This document shows, in pieces, positions 27,748 through 38,743 of a stretch of DNA of 64,000 nucleotides. Each line of letters starts with the position of its first letter. Within the stretch, counting starts at the first letter, position 1. The notes under the pieces were generated by a model. It saw only the letters and a list, made by a program, of their open reading frames with translations. It had not been told where the DNA came from and searched no databases. Both the position numbers and the translations under genes were made by a program. The stretch comes from an uncultured Solirubrobacteraceae bacterium (lineage in GTDB: Bacteria > Actinomycetota > Thermoleophilia > Solirubrobacterales > Solirubrobacteraceae): NCBI GenBank assembly GCA_963794275.1, contig CAWCCZ010000003.1, positions 1,224,667-1,288,666 on the forward strand, in the 5' to 3' direction.

Positions 27748-29133
27748 ATGAGCGCCTCCTCGACAGCCAACGGAGCACCGAAGGCCCCCGCTGGGGTCAT
27801 CGCGCCCCCGCACAACCTCGACGCCGAGCAGTCGGTGCTCGGCGCGATCCTGCTCTCCGACCGCTCGCTGTACGCGCTCGTCATCGAAGAGGGGCTGCGA
27901 CCAGACGACTTCTACCGGGCGCACCACGGCACGATCTACGAGGCGATGCTGTCGCTGTACGGCGAGAGCGAGCCGGTGGACGTACTGACCGTGACCGACC
28001 GGCTGCGGCGGACGGGCAAGCTCGACGAGATCGGTGGCGCCGCCGCGGTGGACGAGCTGACGGGGCTCGTGCCGGCGGCCGGACACGCCCGCCGCTACGC
28101 GCAGATCGTGCGCGAGAACGCGCTGCTGCGGCGGCTGCTGAAGGCCTCCTACGAGATCCAGGAGAGCGTACTCGGCCATGAGGCGGGTCCGCGCGAGCTG
28201 GTCGAGCAGGCCGAGAAGGCGATGCTGGAGGTGGCACGCGACGACCGTCAGCAGGACTTCAGGCGAATCGAGGACGTGCTGCACGAGGAGCTCGACAAGC
28301 TGCACAGGCTCTCGCTCGAAGGCACCTCGCTGACGGGCACGCCATCTGGCTTCAAGGACCTCGACGAGATCACCGGGGGCTTCCAGCCGGGCAACCTGAT
28401 CATCATCGCCGCACGGCCGGCAATGGGCAAGAGCGCGCTCGTCTGCAACATCGCCGAGAACGCGGCGGTCGAGCACGGCCGGCCCGTGGCGCTGTTCTCG
28501 CTGGAGATGGCCGAGGCCGAGCTGGCCCAGCGCTTCGTGGCCTCCCAGGCGAGGATCAAGGGAGAGGAGCTGCGCAAGGGGCGTGTCGCCGAGCAGCGTT
28601 GGCCGAAGATCCTCGCGGCCAGCCAACGCCTCGCCCGCGCGCAGCTGTGGGTGGACGACTCGAGCGACGTGGGGATGCTCGAGATTCGCGCCAAGGCGCG
28701 TCGGCTGCACACCCAGTGCGAGGGCGGGCTGGGCTTGATCATCATCGACTACCTGCAGCTGATGCGCACGGACAGCCGCTACGAAAACCGCGTGACGGCG
28801 GTCGGCGAGCTGAGTCGCGGGCTGAAGATCCTCGCACGCGAGCTGGGGGTGCCGGTGATCGCGCTCTCGCAGCTCAGCCGCGCGGTCGAGCAGCGCTCGC
28901 CCAAGCGCCCGCAGCTGTCGGACCTGCGCGAGAGCGGCAACCTGGAGCAGGACGCCGACCTCGTGATGTTCATCTACCGCGACGAGTACTACGAGCAGGA
29001 CTCCGAGCGCCCGGGCGAGGCGGACCTGATCATCGCGAAGCATCGCAACGGCGCAACCGGCGAGGTCACGCTGACCTTCCAGAAGGAGTACCCGAAGTTC
29101 ATGAACTACGCCGGCGAGCGCTACTCGCAGTGA
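27748..29133 (+). CDS. dnaB: Replicative DNA helicase (no intein)
   Basis: Motifs AEQSVLG, ARPAMGKS, IIDYLQL, LSQLSR and DLRESG. Confidence 0.97.
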   Translation: MSASSTANGAPKAPAGVIAPPHNLDAEQSVLGAILLSDRSLYALVIEEGLRPDDFYRAHHGTIYEAMLSLYGESEPVDVLTVTDRLRRTGKLDEIGGAAAVDELTGLVPAAGHARRYAQIVRENALLRRLLKASYEIQESVLGHEAGPRELVEQAEKAMLEVARDDRQQDFRRIEDVLHEELDKLHRLSLEGTSLTGTPSGFKDLDEITGGFQPGNLIIIAARPAMGKSALVCNIAENAAVEHGRPVALFSLEMAEAELAQRFVASQARIKGEELRKGRVAEQRWPKILAASQRLARAQLWVDDSSDVGMLEIRAKARRLHTQCEGGLGLIIIDYLQLMRTDSRYENRVTAVGELSRGLKILARELGVPVIALSQLSRAVEQRSPKRPQLSDLRESGNLEQDADLVMFIYRDEYYEQDSERPGEADLIIAKHRNGATGEVTLTFQKEYPKFMNYAGERYSQ

Positions 29134-29894
29134 GCGAGCTGCACGTGCCCGAGGAGCTCCGAGCGGAGCTGACGGTTCAGCGTGGCCGGCGTGAGGCGAA
29201 CAGCTGCCCCGCCGGACGCTGCGACGGCAGCGGCTTCGTCGTGGACGAGGCGACGAACACCGCGACCGACTGCGAATGCCGCGCCGCGCGGATCGCGGGC
29301 GCACGCACGCGCAGCCTCGCCGGGCGCATCCCGCGCCGCTACAGCGGTGCCTCCTTCGAGCGCTCGCCGGTGAGCGACATCGCCCGCGTCGCTCCCGACC
29401 AGATCCGCCAGGTGCGCCGCTACGTAAACGACATCGAGCGCAATCTGGACAGCGGCCGAGGCCTGTGGATCCAGGGCGACGTCGGCACGGGCAAGACGAC
29501 GCTCGCGATGATCGTCTCCAAGGCGGCGCTTGCCGCGGGACGCTCGGTGGCGATCTACTCGCTGCCGCGCCTGTTGAACCTGCTGCGCGAGTCGATCGAG
29601 TCAGACCGCGGGCTGCTCGACCTGCTCGACCGCCTCAGCGCCGTCGACCTCCTGCACATCGACGACCTGGGTGCGGAGAACCGCACCGACTGGGTGCTCG
29701 AGCAGCTGTATTCGATCGTCAACGCTCGCTATGAGGCCGAGCGGGCGATCGTGGCGACCACGAACGTGATGCCCGATGAACTGGATGCGCGACTTGGCGC
29801 GCGCACGGTCTCGCGGCTCGTGGAGATCTGCGGAGACCCGATCGCGCTGTACGGCGATGACAGGCGCCGCGAGTATCGCGCCGAGCGACTCTAA
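29130..29894 (+). CDS. DnaC/DnaI/IstB-like AAA+ ATPase (putative helicase loader)
   Basis: GTGA overlap with dnaB; N-terminal CxxxxC...CEC; Walker A GDVGTGKT; IDDLG; TTN; SRL. Confidence 0.85.
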   Translation: MSELHVPEELRAELTVQRGRREANSCPAGRCDGSGFVVDEATNTATDCECRAARIAGARTRSLAGRIPRRYSGASFERSPVSDIARVAPDQIRQVRRYVNDIERNLDSGRGLWIQGDVGTGKTTLAMIVSKAALAAGRSVAIYSLPRLLNLLRESIESDRGLLDLLDRLSAVDLLHIDDLGAENRTDWVLEQLYSIVNARYEAERAIVATTNVMPDELDARLGARTVSRLVEICGDPIALYGDDRRREYRAERL

Positions 29895-31244
<1,350 letters not shown>

Positions 31245-31358
31245 CGGCTGCTGGCTGGCGAGCGCAAAACAGGCCTGCGAGCAGCCGGCGCACTCATCCA
31301 TGTGCTGTGCTTAGCTCGTTTCCGTCAGCTTTCCAGCCGTGAAACCGATGCTCTCGCT

Positions 31359-32249
31359 ATGAGGCCCTGTCTGAGGAAGATTCGCCGCGCCGGCCTGGGG
31401 AGCATGGCCTGTGCGGCGGTGTGCGCATGCATCCTCCCGGCGAGCGCAGCCGCGGGCGCGGTGTCGAGCAACTGGGCCGGCTATGTCGCGTTGCCGCTGA
31501 CCGCATCTGGAGCAGGCTTCAGCAGTATCTCGGGCACCTGGAGGGAGCCAAGCGCCACATGCACGGCTGGCCGGGTAGGCTACTCGGCCGTGTGGGTGGG
31601 GCTCGGCGGCTACCGCGAAAACGCGAAGGCGCTCGAGCAGATCGGCACGGACGCAGATTGCTCGCGCGCCGGTGTTGCCGTGTACGCGACCTGGTATGAG
31701 CTGCTGCCCGCCTCGCCCGTGGCCATACCGCTGAAGGCAAGCCCGGGCGATGAAATGTCGGCGTCGGTGACCGTGCGCAACAACGACGTCACCCTGCGTA
31801 TCCGCGACCTGACCACGGGCACTCGCTTCTCGCACAGCCAGCGCGCACCGCTCCTCGACAGCTCATCGGCGGATTGGATCGTGGAGGCGCCCTCGGAATG
31901 CTTCGCCTCACACGGCTGTCACACGCTTCAGCTCGCCGACTTCGGCAGCGTCGCGTTCTCGAGCGCGACGGCGACCTCGCGCGGGCACAGCGGAAGCATC
32001 GCAGACCCGCTGTGGTCGATGAGCGAGCTCGAACTGCGCGAGAGCGCATTCGATTCAGCGCTGAGCACGAGAAGCACGAGCACCGGTCCGCAGAACGACT
32101 CCTCGCGGGGCATCATCGCCGCGACGCCGTCCCCGCTCGCACCGTCCGCGGGGGCCTTCTCGGTGACGTGGCGCGAGCAGCACGGCGCGAATGGCGAACC
32201 GCAGCGGCCAACTCTCCCGGGATTCAGCGGCGGGTCACCCGCAAGCTGA
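31359..32249 (+). CDS. Secreted G1 glutamic peptidase (eqolisin-like)
   Basis: Motifs SSNWAGY, WVGLGG, EQIGT, WYE and SADWIVEAP. Confidence 0.85.
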   Translation: MRPCLRKIRRAGLGSMACAAVCACILPASAAAGAVSSNWAGYVALPLTASGAGFSSISGTWREPSATCTAGRVGYSAVWVGLGGYRENAKALEQIGTDADCSRAGVAVYATWYELLPASPVAIPLKASPGDEMSASVTVRNNDVTLRIRDLTTGTRFSHSQRAPLLDSSSADWIVEAPSECFASHGCHTLQLADFGSVAFSSATATSRGHSGSIADPLWSMSELELRESAFDSALSTRSTSTGPQNDSSRGIIAATPSPLAPSAGAFSVTWREQHGANGEPQRPTLPGFSGGSPAS

Positions 32250-32276
32250 CGCACCGCCGGTGTGGGCGGGCGGTGC

Positions 32277-33182
32277 TCACGGCATGATCTCGTTGCCCGG
32301 GTCGGGCCGCCGCTCGGCGGGCGCCTGACCGTAATCGCCAAACGGGCCGTCGCGCTCGCTTACCGCGGAGCGCACGCCATCGGACTCGGCGCGAGCGATG
32401 AACTCGAGTGCGTCGGGCGTGTTGCGCATGAGGCCGTCGAGGATCGGCCCGAGCACCTGTGTGGAGGCGATGCCCATGTTCTCGTAGGCGTGGTTGACCA
32501 CGAGCTTCATCGCGGCGAGCTGCGAGGCGGGTATCCGCGCGAGCCCCGTGGCGAGCTCGGCCACGGTCTGCTCGAGCGCCGCGAACGGGACCGCGCGGTT
32601 TATCAGCTCGATCTCGGCGGCCTGCGCTCCGCTGAGCGGGGTGCCCAGCAGCGCGTGCTCCTTGGCCTTTGCGAGCCCGAGCCGGTATATCCACATCCCC
32701 GACAGGTAAGCGCCCCACATGCGGCTGTAGGGGGTTCCGATCACGGCGTCCTCGCTTGCCACTACGAGGTCGGCGCAGAGCGCGAAATCGCTTCCACCCC
32801 CCACGCACCAGCCGTGCACTTGCGCGATCACCGGCTTCGGGCAGCGCCAGACGCTCATCAGCTTCTGTGTCGGCGCAAGCTGCGGCGCGGTCGCGAACAC
32901 GAAATCCTTGCCGGGATCCCAGCGACCATCGCTTTCCACGGCCGCGCCCCAATGCTTGAAACCGCCGCCGAAGTCATAGCCCGCGCAGAATGCTCGCCCT
33001 GCGCCGCGCAGCACGATCACCTTGATCTGCTCGTCGCGCGCGGCGCGCGCGACCGCGTCCTCGACCTCGTCGGGCATCGGCGGCACGATCGTGTTCAGCC
33101 GCTCGGGCCGATTCAGCGTGATCTTGGCCACGGGCCCGTCGGTCGCGTACAGAATCGTCTCGTAGCTGCTCTGCGCGCTCAT
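32277..33182 (-). CDS. Crotonase/enoyl-CoA hydratase family
   Basis: Motifs ITLNRPERLN, FCAGYD and KPVIAQVHGWCVGGG. Confidence 0.9.
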   Translation of the reverse strand: MSAQSSYETILYATDGPVAKITLNRPERLNTIVPPMPDEVEDAVARAARDEQIKVIVLRGAGRAFCAGYDFGGGFKHWGAAVESDGRWDPGKDFVFATAPQLAPTQKLMSVWRCPKPVIAQVHGWCVGGGSDFALCADLVVASEDAVIGTPYSRMWGAYLSGMWIYRLGLAKAKEHALLGTPLSGAQAAEIELINRAVPFAALEQTVAELATGLARIPASQLAAMKLVVNHAYENMGIASTQVLGPILDGLMRNTPDALEFIARAESDGVRSAVSERDGPFGDYGQAPAERRPDPGNEIMP

Positions 33183-33658
33183 GCGTCGGGGCTCCCCTCG
33201 CTCGGCTCCGCGGACAGCCAGCGCAGCAGCGCCGAACGGGCAAAGCGCCACTCCCCCGCGATCTTCCGTCCCGGCAGGCGTCCCTGCTCGGCGAGCTCGA
33301 GGATCGCCCGCTCCTCGACAGCGAGCAGTTCGGCCGCCTGGGCAGCGGTGAGCACGTCGGGCGCGGGCGCGGGCGCGAATGAGTGGTGACCGACCGCGAG
33401 CCCCTGCTCGGGCAGCTCGAGCGTGACGCGACGCAGCGCAGCGGCGCGTACGGCGAGCTCGCGCAGCTGCTCGAGCTCGTCGGGCGAGTCGGGGTTCACG
33501 TAGCGCTCGAGCAGTCCGGCGACGAGGTCCTTCTTGCGCGCCGACAGCGCGGTGGCCGCTTGGTCGAGGCGGCGCGCCTGCTCCGCGGGAAGGCGCACAA
33601 AGAGCGCCGCCGTCTCGCCGGCGGCACCGGTGGTGGGCTCCTTCACGGTCTTGCGCAT
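33179..33658 (-). CDS. DNA-binding protein with RHH-like N-terminus and excisionase-like HTH C-terminus
   Basis: LFVRLP...LDQAA; VLTAAQAAELL...GRLPGRKIAGEWRF. Confidence 0.75.
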   Translation of the reverse strand: MRKTVKEPTTGAAGETAALFVRLPAEQARRLDQAATALSARKKDLVAGLLERYVNPDSPDELEQLRELAVRAAALRRVTLELPEQGLAVGHHSFAPAPAPDVLTAAQAAELLAVEERAILELAEQGRLPGRKIAGEWRFARSALLRWLSAEPSEGSPDA

Positions 33659-33781
33659 GGAGATATCCTAGCGAATATCCGATATCCCGCGGCCCGGAAG
33701 CCCGGCCTCTTACCGGCTCGCTGTCCGGGCCGCCGGACCCCCGATTGTGCTTTGGCGCGATGAAACGGCCGGGCGAGCGCG

Positions 33782-34156
33782 CTACCGGCGCTCCACGATC
33801 ATCAGCTGGTTGCGGTCCTGATCGCGGAAGAAGAAGAGCAGCGGAACGGTGCCGTCGCCGCCCATCAGCTCAGCGTCGACGTCCACGCCGGCGGCCTTCA
33901 AGTCGGCGTGATCGGACCGTGGATCGGCCGACTCGAGGGCGATGCCGGTTATGCGCCCGGGCTGATATTCCCCGCGCGGCGGCACGAGCGCGAGCGCGGC
34001 CCCGTCGGCCGGCGCGACTTCAACCCAGCGTTCGCCGTCGCCAAAGGGAACGTCGGCAACGAGCGAGAGGCCGAGCTTGCCCGTGTAGAAGGCGATTCCC
34101 TGGTCCTGATCGGACACCGGGACCATGACCCTGCCTATGTGACTGATTTGCGGCAC
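33782..34156 (-). CDS. VOC/glyoxalase family protein
   Basis: Motifs VPVSDQD..IAFY..KLG and FRDQDRN. Confidence 0.85.
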   Translation of the reverse strand: MPQISHIGRVMVPVSDQDQGIAFYTGKLGLSLVADVPFGDGERWVEVAPADGAALALVPPRGEYQPGRITGIALESADPRSDHADLKAAGVDVDAELMGGDGTVPLLFFFRDQDRNQLMIVERR

Positions 34157-34192
34157 GTCGTCTCCTTCCAGGGGTTCTTAGCGCCGTGCCAC

Positions 34193-34417
34193 TCAACCGG
34201 GGAGCGGCTCTTGGGCGCGTGACGCGCCCGAGTAGGCCTCGGCAGGCTCGAGCATCTGGCGGACCTGCTCGCGCATCTCGGGAGTGTCCTCGTGCCCGTG
34301 AACCGAGGCGGCGTGCTCTGCGGCCGCGCGCACCACCTCGTCCTCCTCGCCGATGATCACCAGCGAGCAGTTCGACTCGCTGGGAAAGCGACGGCAATCG
34401 GCCATCAATCGCGACAT
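34193..34417 (-). CDS. DUF1059-like small metal-binding protein
   Basis: DCRRFPSESNC...AAEHAASVHGH; GAGGAG SD. Confidence 0.75.
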   Translation of the reverse strand: MSRLMADCRRFPSESNCSLVIIGEEDEVVRAAAEHAASVHGHEDTPEMREQVRQMLEPAEAYSGASRAQEPLPG

Positions 34418-34512
34418 GGTGTCTCCTCTCGAAGTGGGAGCCCCCATCGTCGCCTGCTGCGCGTCAGGCGTCAAGTGTCGCGATCGCGGCGAGGTCTGAT
34501 CCAGCGTGATGC

Positions 34513-35181
34513 CTAGCTGGTGAGGCCTGCGATCCCGTCGCGCAGCAGCGATGCCGCGAGCGCTACGAGTATCACGAGGGCGACCGTACGGGCGTGCCGC
34601 TCGATCCAGCCACGGGCGAGCTCAAGCATTGGCATAGTCCGCTCAGGTGCGATGAGCAGCATCGCGAGTCCCAGGCCGAGAGGGAGCAGCGACACCACCG
34701 AAAACAGGACCCAGTCGAAGATGTACCGCACAGCGGTCGGGTTCAGCTGCGAGATGGCCTTCAGTGCGATGACCATGAACGCACCGGCGTTGGCGAGCAC
34801 CGCGCCGGCGGCGACGATCGTTATGGCCGGCGCCGAGGAGATCTTGCTCATGCGCTCGATGTTCCTGGCCGTCGCCTCCGGATCGACCGGCCGTCGAACG
34901 GCGCGTACCACGTAGGCAAGCAGCAGCAGGCCGGTGATGAGACCGAATACCGCGACCCATGTCTTGGGGGTCGACGTGCGCGACGCGGCCGCGTTGCCAA
35001 GGACGAACGCGGCCAGCACGCCGACGGCGAGCGTCGCGCCTAGCCCGCCGAGGTAAAACCAGCGGCCCGTTCGCGACGGGTGGTCGCCGAGGACCAGAGC
35101 CAACACCGAGGAGCCGAGGGTGGCGGGTTCAAGCATCGCGACCAGCCCCACTAGCGCGAGCTGAATATCGACGTAGCCCAT
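34513..35181 (-). CDS. GAP family membrane protein
   Basis: About 6 TM segments; paralog of 35485-36159. Confidence 0.7.
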   Translation of the reverse strand: MGYVDIQLALVGLVAMLEPATLGSSVLALVLGDHPSRTGRWFYLGGLGATLAVGVLAAFVLGNAAASRTSTPKTWVAVFGLITGLLLLAYVVRAVRRPVDPEATARNIERMSKISSAPAITIVAAGAVLANAGAFMVIALKAISQLNPTAVRYIFDWVLFSVVSLLPLGLGLAMLLIAPERTMPMLELARGWIERHARTVALVILVALAASLLRDGIAGLTS

Positions 35182-35484
35182 CCCACCTCCAGCCTGATCT
35201 ACCGCCCCGCCGCTTACGGCCCCTCAGCGGCGCGCGACACCCGCCTGCGTCCACGCACGACGTTATCGCGGGATCGCGTCGCATCATCCCGAACGGGTGA
35301 GCAACACGGGTGGCGGGTTCGCCATCCTGCCTCCCATGGGCAGGATTGCGCAGCCGCGAAGTTCAAGCGCCTGCCATCGGCTTGCCGGGCGACTCCGTCT
35401 GGCGGCTCTGGACCAAAGCCGTCTCGGGCTCCACGGCTCTCACACCGAGGCCCGCCTGGTCGAGCCTGGCATAGGCCGCTGCGT

Positions 35485-36159
35485 ATGACGTCGGTCGACG
35501 TCGAGCTCGGGCTAACCGCGCTGGCTGCGATGCTTTCTCCGACCACGCTGTCGTTCACGGTGTTCGCGCTCGTGCTCGGAGAGCGCCCGCTGCGCACAGG
35601 GTTCTGGTTCTTCCTCGGAGCGTTCGGCCTGACGTTGGTCATCGGCATCGTGGCCGCCTTCGTGCTCGGCAACGCGGCCGCCTCCCCCAAATCCTCGGAA
35701 ACCCCTCCGACATGGGTCGCGATCCTCGACGTCGTCGTAGGCGCGCTCCTGCTCGTCTATGTCGCCCGTGTACTGAAACGACCGCGCGACCCCAAGCGCA
35801 CAGCTGACGCAGTCGAGAAGACGCGCAAGATCGCATCATCTCCGGCGATCGCGATCGTGGCAGCGGGCGCGACGCTCGCAAACCCAGGCGGCTTCATCCC
35901 GATCGCCCTCAAGGACATCTCCCAGCTGAATCCGAGCAGCACGGAATACATCGTCCTATGGCTCGGCTTCGCGGTGATATCGCTGCTCCCGCTCCTGGTT
36001 GCGCTCGTATTGTTGCTCGTTGCGCGCGATCGAACGGTTGCCGTGCTTGAGAAACTGCGCGGCTGGCTCGAACTGAACGCACGAACGCTCGCCGCCGTGA
36101 TCATCGTGCTGCTCGCAGCAGCAGTGCTACGGAACGGCATCGCCGGGCTCACCAGCTAG
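35485..36159 (+). CDS. GAP family membrane protein
   Basis: About 6 TM segments; motifs LSPT..., LANP and WLELNAR. Confidence 0.7.
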   Translation: MTSVDVELGLTALAAMLSPTTLSFTVFALVLGERPLRTGFWFFLGAFGLTLVIGIVAAFVLGNAAASPKSSETPPTWVAILDVVVGALLLVYVARVLKRPRDPKRTADAVEKTRKIASSPAIAIVAAGATLANPGGFIPIALKDISQLNPSSTEYIVLWLGFAVISLLPLLVALVLLLVARDRTVAVLEKLRGWLELNARTLAAVIIVLLAAAVLRNGIAGLTS

Positions 36160-36207
36160 GACGGTCACTCGACCGGAAACAGGTCAATCTGCATGCATTT
36201 CCAGGGA

Positions 36208-36280
36208 TGGGCCGTCCGGGAATCGAACCCGGAACCTTGGGCTTAAGAGGCCCCTGCTCTGCCGGTTGAGCTAACGGCCC
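36208..36280 (-). tRNA. tRNA-Lys(CTT)
   Basis: GGGCCGT-TAGCTCAACCGGCAGAGCA-GGGGC-CTCTTAA-GCCCA-AGGTT-CCGGG-TTCGATT-CCCGG-ACGGCCC-A folds as a cloverleaf. Confidence 0.95.
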
Positions 36281-36330
36281 GTGCGGGGATCGATGCGACC
36301 ACCGGCTGGGGCTGCGATTCTAGCCGAGCA

Positions 36331-37128
36331 CTATTTTTTCGTGACCGTGCTCGTGGTGCTCGAGCCCGCGGGTGCCGGCGTGGTGCCTATCTGCGTGCCG
36401 GTGTAGCTGCCGTTGCCGGACGGCTTGACCGCGTAGGTTTTGCCGTTGGTCGTGGTCGTGTAGGTCGTCCCGCCGCCGTTTGGCGATTTGCGCAGTTCGG
36501 CCAGTTCTGTCTTCAGGCGCTTTTGCTGCGCCGCGGGTGCGAGCTTGACGGCCTTGGCCGAGGCTTCGTCGCCGATCGGGAGCTGGCGCGCTTTGTAGGC
36601 GTACTCGGCGAGCTGCGCCCACAGCGCCGCGCTTTCGGGCCGCGCGGCGACCACCAGCTGCAGCACCTGCACGGCCTTCGCCGGTTCGTTGAGGCCCAGT
36701 TCGCCGTACACACTCGCCATCAGCTGCGCGAGTTCGGTGTTCGGCTTGGGCGGGTTCAGCGCCATGTAGTTGGTCCACGCGCCCGCAGCCTTTTTGTACA
36801 GCTGCTTGCCCTTGCTGGTCACTTCGCCGGTCCGCGTCACGTAGGTTTCGCCGGAGGCGGATTCGTGGAGCAGATAGCGGGTCAGGTTTTCCCACGCCGA
36901 CAGGCTGCTCGGCTGCTGGCGGGTGAGCTTCGTGTACTTGGCCACCTGGCTCGCAAAGCCCGCGCTGCCGCCGCCTTCGTTGTTGCTGGCGGCCGTGAGC
37001 AGGCCTCCGCCGCCGAAGCCGCCGCCGATCCCGAAGCCGACCAGCCCGACGCCCATCAGCAACGCGAGCCCCAGGTAGATCACTCTGACCGTTCGCCGAC
37101 GGCCACGCCCTCGCAGATCGAACAGCAT
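36331..37128 (-). CDS. Membrane-anchored TPR-like hypothetical protein, coupled to tatC
   Basis: N-terminal TM; helical repeats; start abuts the tatC stop. Confidence 0.65.
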   Translation of the reverse strand: MLFDLRGRGRRRTVRVIYLGLALLMGVGLVGFGIGGGFGGGGLLTAASNNEGGGSAGFASQVAKYTKLTRQQPSSLSAWENLTRYLLHESASGETYVTRTGEVTSKGKQLYKKAAGAWTNYMALNPPKPNTELAQLMASVYGELGLNEPAKAVQVLQLVVAARPESAALWAQLAEYAYKARQLPIGDEASAKAVKLAPAAQQKRLKTELAELRKSPNGGGTTYTTTTNGKTYAVKPSGNGSYTGTQIGTTPAPAGSSTTSTVTKK

Positions 37129-38204
37129 CAGTCCGACAGCCTAGGGTCTACGTGGTCGATCATCTCCTGCACGGTTGGCTCCGATGTGTTTTCCGGCGCA
37201 TGCACCGGATCCACCGGATGCGGGCTCCCCGCTTCGCTTGCGCTGCCCTCATCGTGCAAGCCGACATCCGCCCGCCCTACGAGTGCTGCCACAAGGATAC
37301 TCGCCTCGTAGAGCAGATACAGCGGTATCGTCTCGAGCGCCAGCGTGATCAAGTCGCCCGGCAGGAACGCGGCCACGGCGGCGCACGCGACGATCGCGTA
37401 GCGGCGCTGTTTGCGCAGCTGGCGCGGCGTCACCAGGCCGAGCCGCGTGGCGCCTATGACCAGGACGGGCACCTGGAAGATGAGCCCCATCGCAATTAGG
37501 ATCGTCGCGGCGAAGCTGTAGTACTGGCTCGCCTGCACGATCACGTTGAACTCGCCCGCGTTGAAGTTCACGAAGAAGCGGATCGCCGCGGGCAGCACGA
37601 CGAAGTAGCCGAACATCACTCCTGCGACAAACAGGAACGGCACCGCGATCAGCAGCGGCGCGGCGATCCGTCGCTCTCGCGGATGCAGCCCGGGCATGAT
37701 GAAGCCGTAGAGCTCCCACAGGATGAACGGCAGCGCGAGGATCAGCGCGAAATAGAGCGTCACCGTGATCGTCGTCGTGAACGGCTCGCCCACGCCCAGC
37801 GTTGCCGGATTGTCGCCCTGCGGGTTGCGCGGCACCTTCGCCACGTCCCGCCCAAGCGCCCTGATCAGCGGCAGCATTTCGGCACGCGCCGAGCTCGTGA
37901 GCCCGCTGCCCGGCTTCGCCAGCGTGCCCAGCGTCAACTGGGTGTCCCTCGCCACTTTCAGGACCGCCTGCTGGGCGACCACCGCCTGGCCCACGGTGCC
38001 CTCGCCGCGTGCCACCTGCTTCTGCGTCTGCGTCTTGAGCGGGTGGTTGATGATCTTCAGCAGCGCATGGTTCTGCCATAGGCAGAAGCCGAACGCGACG
38101 GCCAGCACGGCGCCGCTGAGGATCAGGCGCGTGCGCAGCTCATCGAGGTGCTCCACGAGGCTGAGCCGATCCTCGTGGCCGATCGTGCGGATCGCGCTCA
38201 CCAT
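37128..38204 (-). CDS. tatC: Twin-arginine translocase subunit TatC
   Basis: Motifs LVEHLDELRTR, EPF, FIMPGL..RE and LYLLYEASI. Confidence 0.95.
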   Translation of the reverse strand: MVSAIRTIGHEDRLSLVEHLDELRTRLILSGAVLAVAFGFCLWQNHALLKIINHPLKTQTQKQVARGEGTVGQAVVAQQAVLKVARDTQLTLGTLAKPGSGLTSSARAEMLPLIRALGRDVAKVPRNPQGDNPATLGVGEPFTTTITVTLYFALILALPFILWELYGFIMPGLHPRERRIAAPLLIAVPFLFVAGVMFGYFVVLPAAIRFFVNFNAGEFNVIVQASQYYSFAATILIAMGLIFQVPVLVIGATRLGLVTPRQLRKQRRYAIVACAAVAAFLPGDLITLALETIPLYLLYEASILVAALVGRADVGLHDEGSASEAGSPHPVDPVHAPENTSEPTVQEMIDHVDPRLSD

Positions 38205-38339
38205 GGGTATCCCAAGCTAGCACTGCGCCGGCCGGCGATGCCGCCTTCAGGTAGTCGCCCGCGCCAACAATCCGGGGAACGCCCCGTGCGAGGGCTAAAG
38301 GCACTCGCCGTCCAGGTCGATGACGGTCGGGAAGAAGCC

Positions 38340-38732
38340 ATGAAGAACTCCGAAAAAGACCCCGAGATCCAGCATCCAGTCGAGCCGCTCGACCTGGTTT
38401 GCGGCCCGCAAAGCCACGCGGGCAGCGGCACAGGCGCAGCCGAGGCGCTCCACGTCTGCTTCCACTGCGCGGGCGAGCTCGCATACCCACTGGACTGGTC
38501 CGAAGAGGGCCCGCACCACTGGCGCGTGCTGCTCCGCTGCCCGGACTGCGAGTCGCGGCGCGAGGGAGTCTTTGAGCAGGCGACCGTCGAAGCGCTCGAT
38601 GACGAGCTCGACCGCGGCTCAAGCGCTCTGCTGGCAGACCTGCGGCGCATGACCCACGCAAACATGTCCGAGGAAGTCGAGTTCTTCATCCGCGCTCTCG
38701 ACGCCGACGTGATCACGCCGAGCGATTTCTAA
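38340..38732 (+). CDS. Hypothetical Zn-ribbon protein
   Basis: CFHC...CPDC; C-terminal ITPSDF. Confidence 0.6.
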   Translation: MKNSEKDPEIQHPVEPLDLVCGPQSHAGSGTGAAEALHVCFHCAGELAYPLDWSEEGPHHWRVLLRCPDCESRREGVFEQATVEALDDELDRGSSALLADLRRMTHANMSEEVEFFIRALDADVITPSDF

Positions 38733-38743
38733 GGCGCACGGTT

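Noticed and set aside
29130-29894. IS21 element suggested by the IstB-like ATPase
   Set aside because: There is no IstA transposase and no terminal inverted repeats, and the gene is coupled to dnaB in a core operon.
33179-33658. Excisionase of a prophage or ICE
   Set aside because: There is no integrase or att pair nearby, and the gene is coupled to a metabolic gene.
33700-33740. ggcctctta matching the tRNA-Lys anticodon arm as a possible att
   Set aside because: The match is only 9 bp and in the wrong orientation for a direct att repeat.
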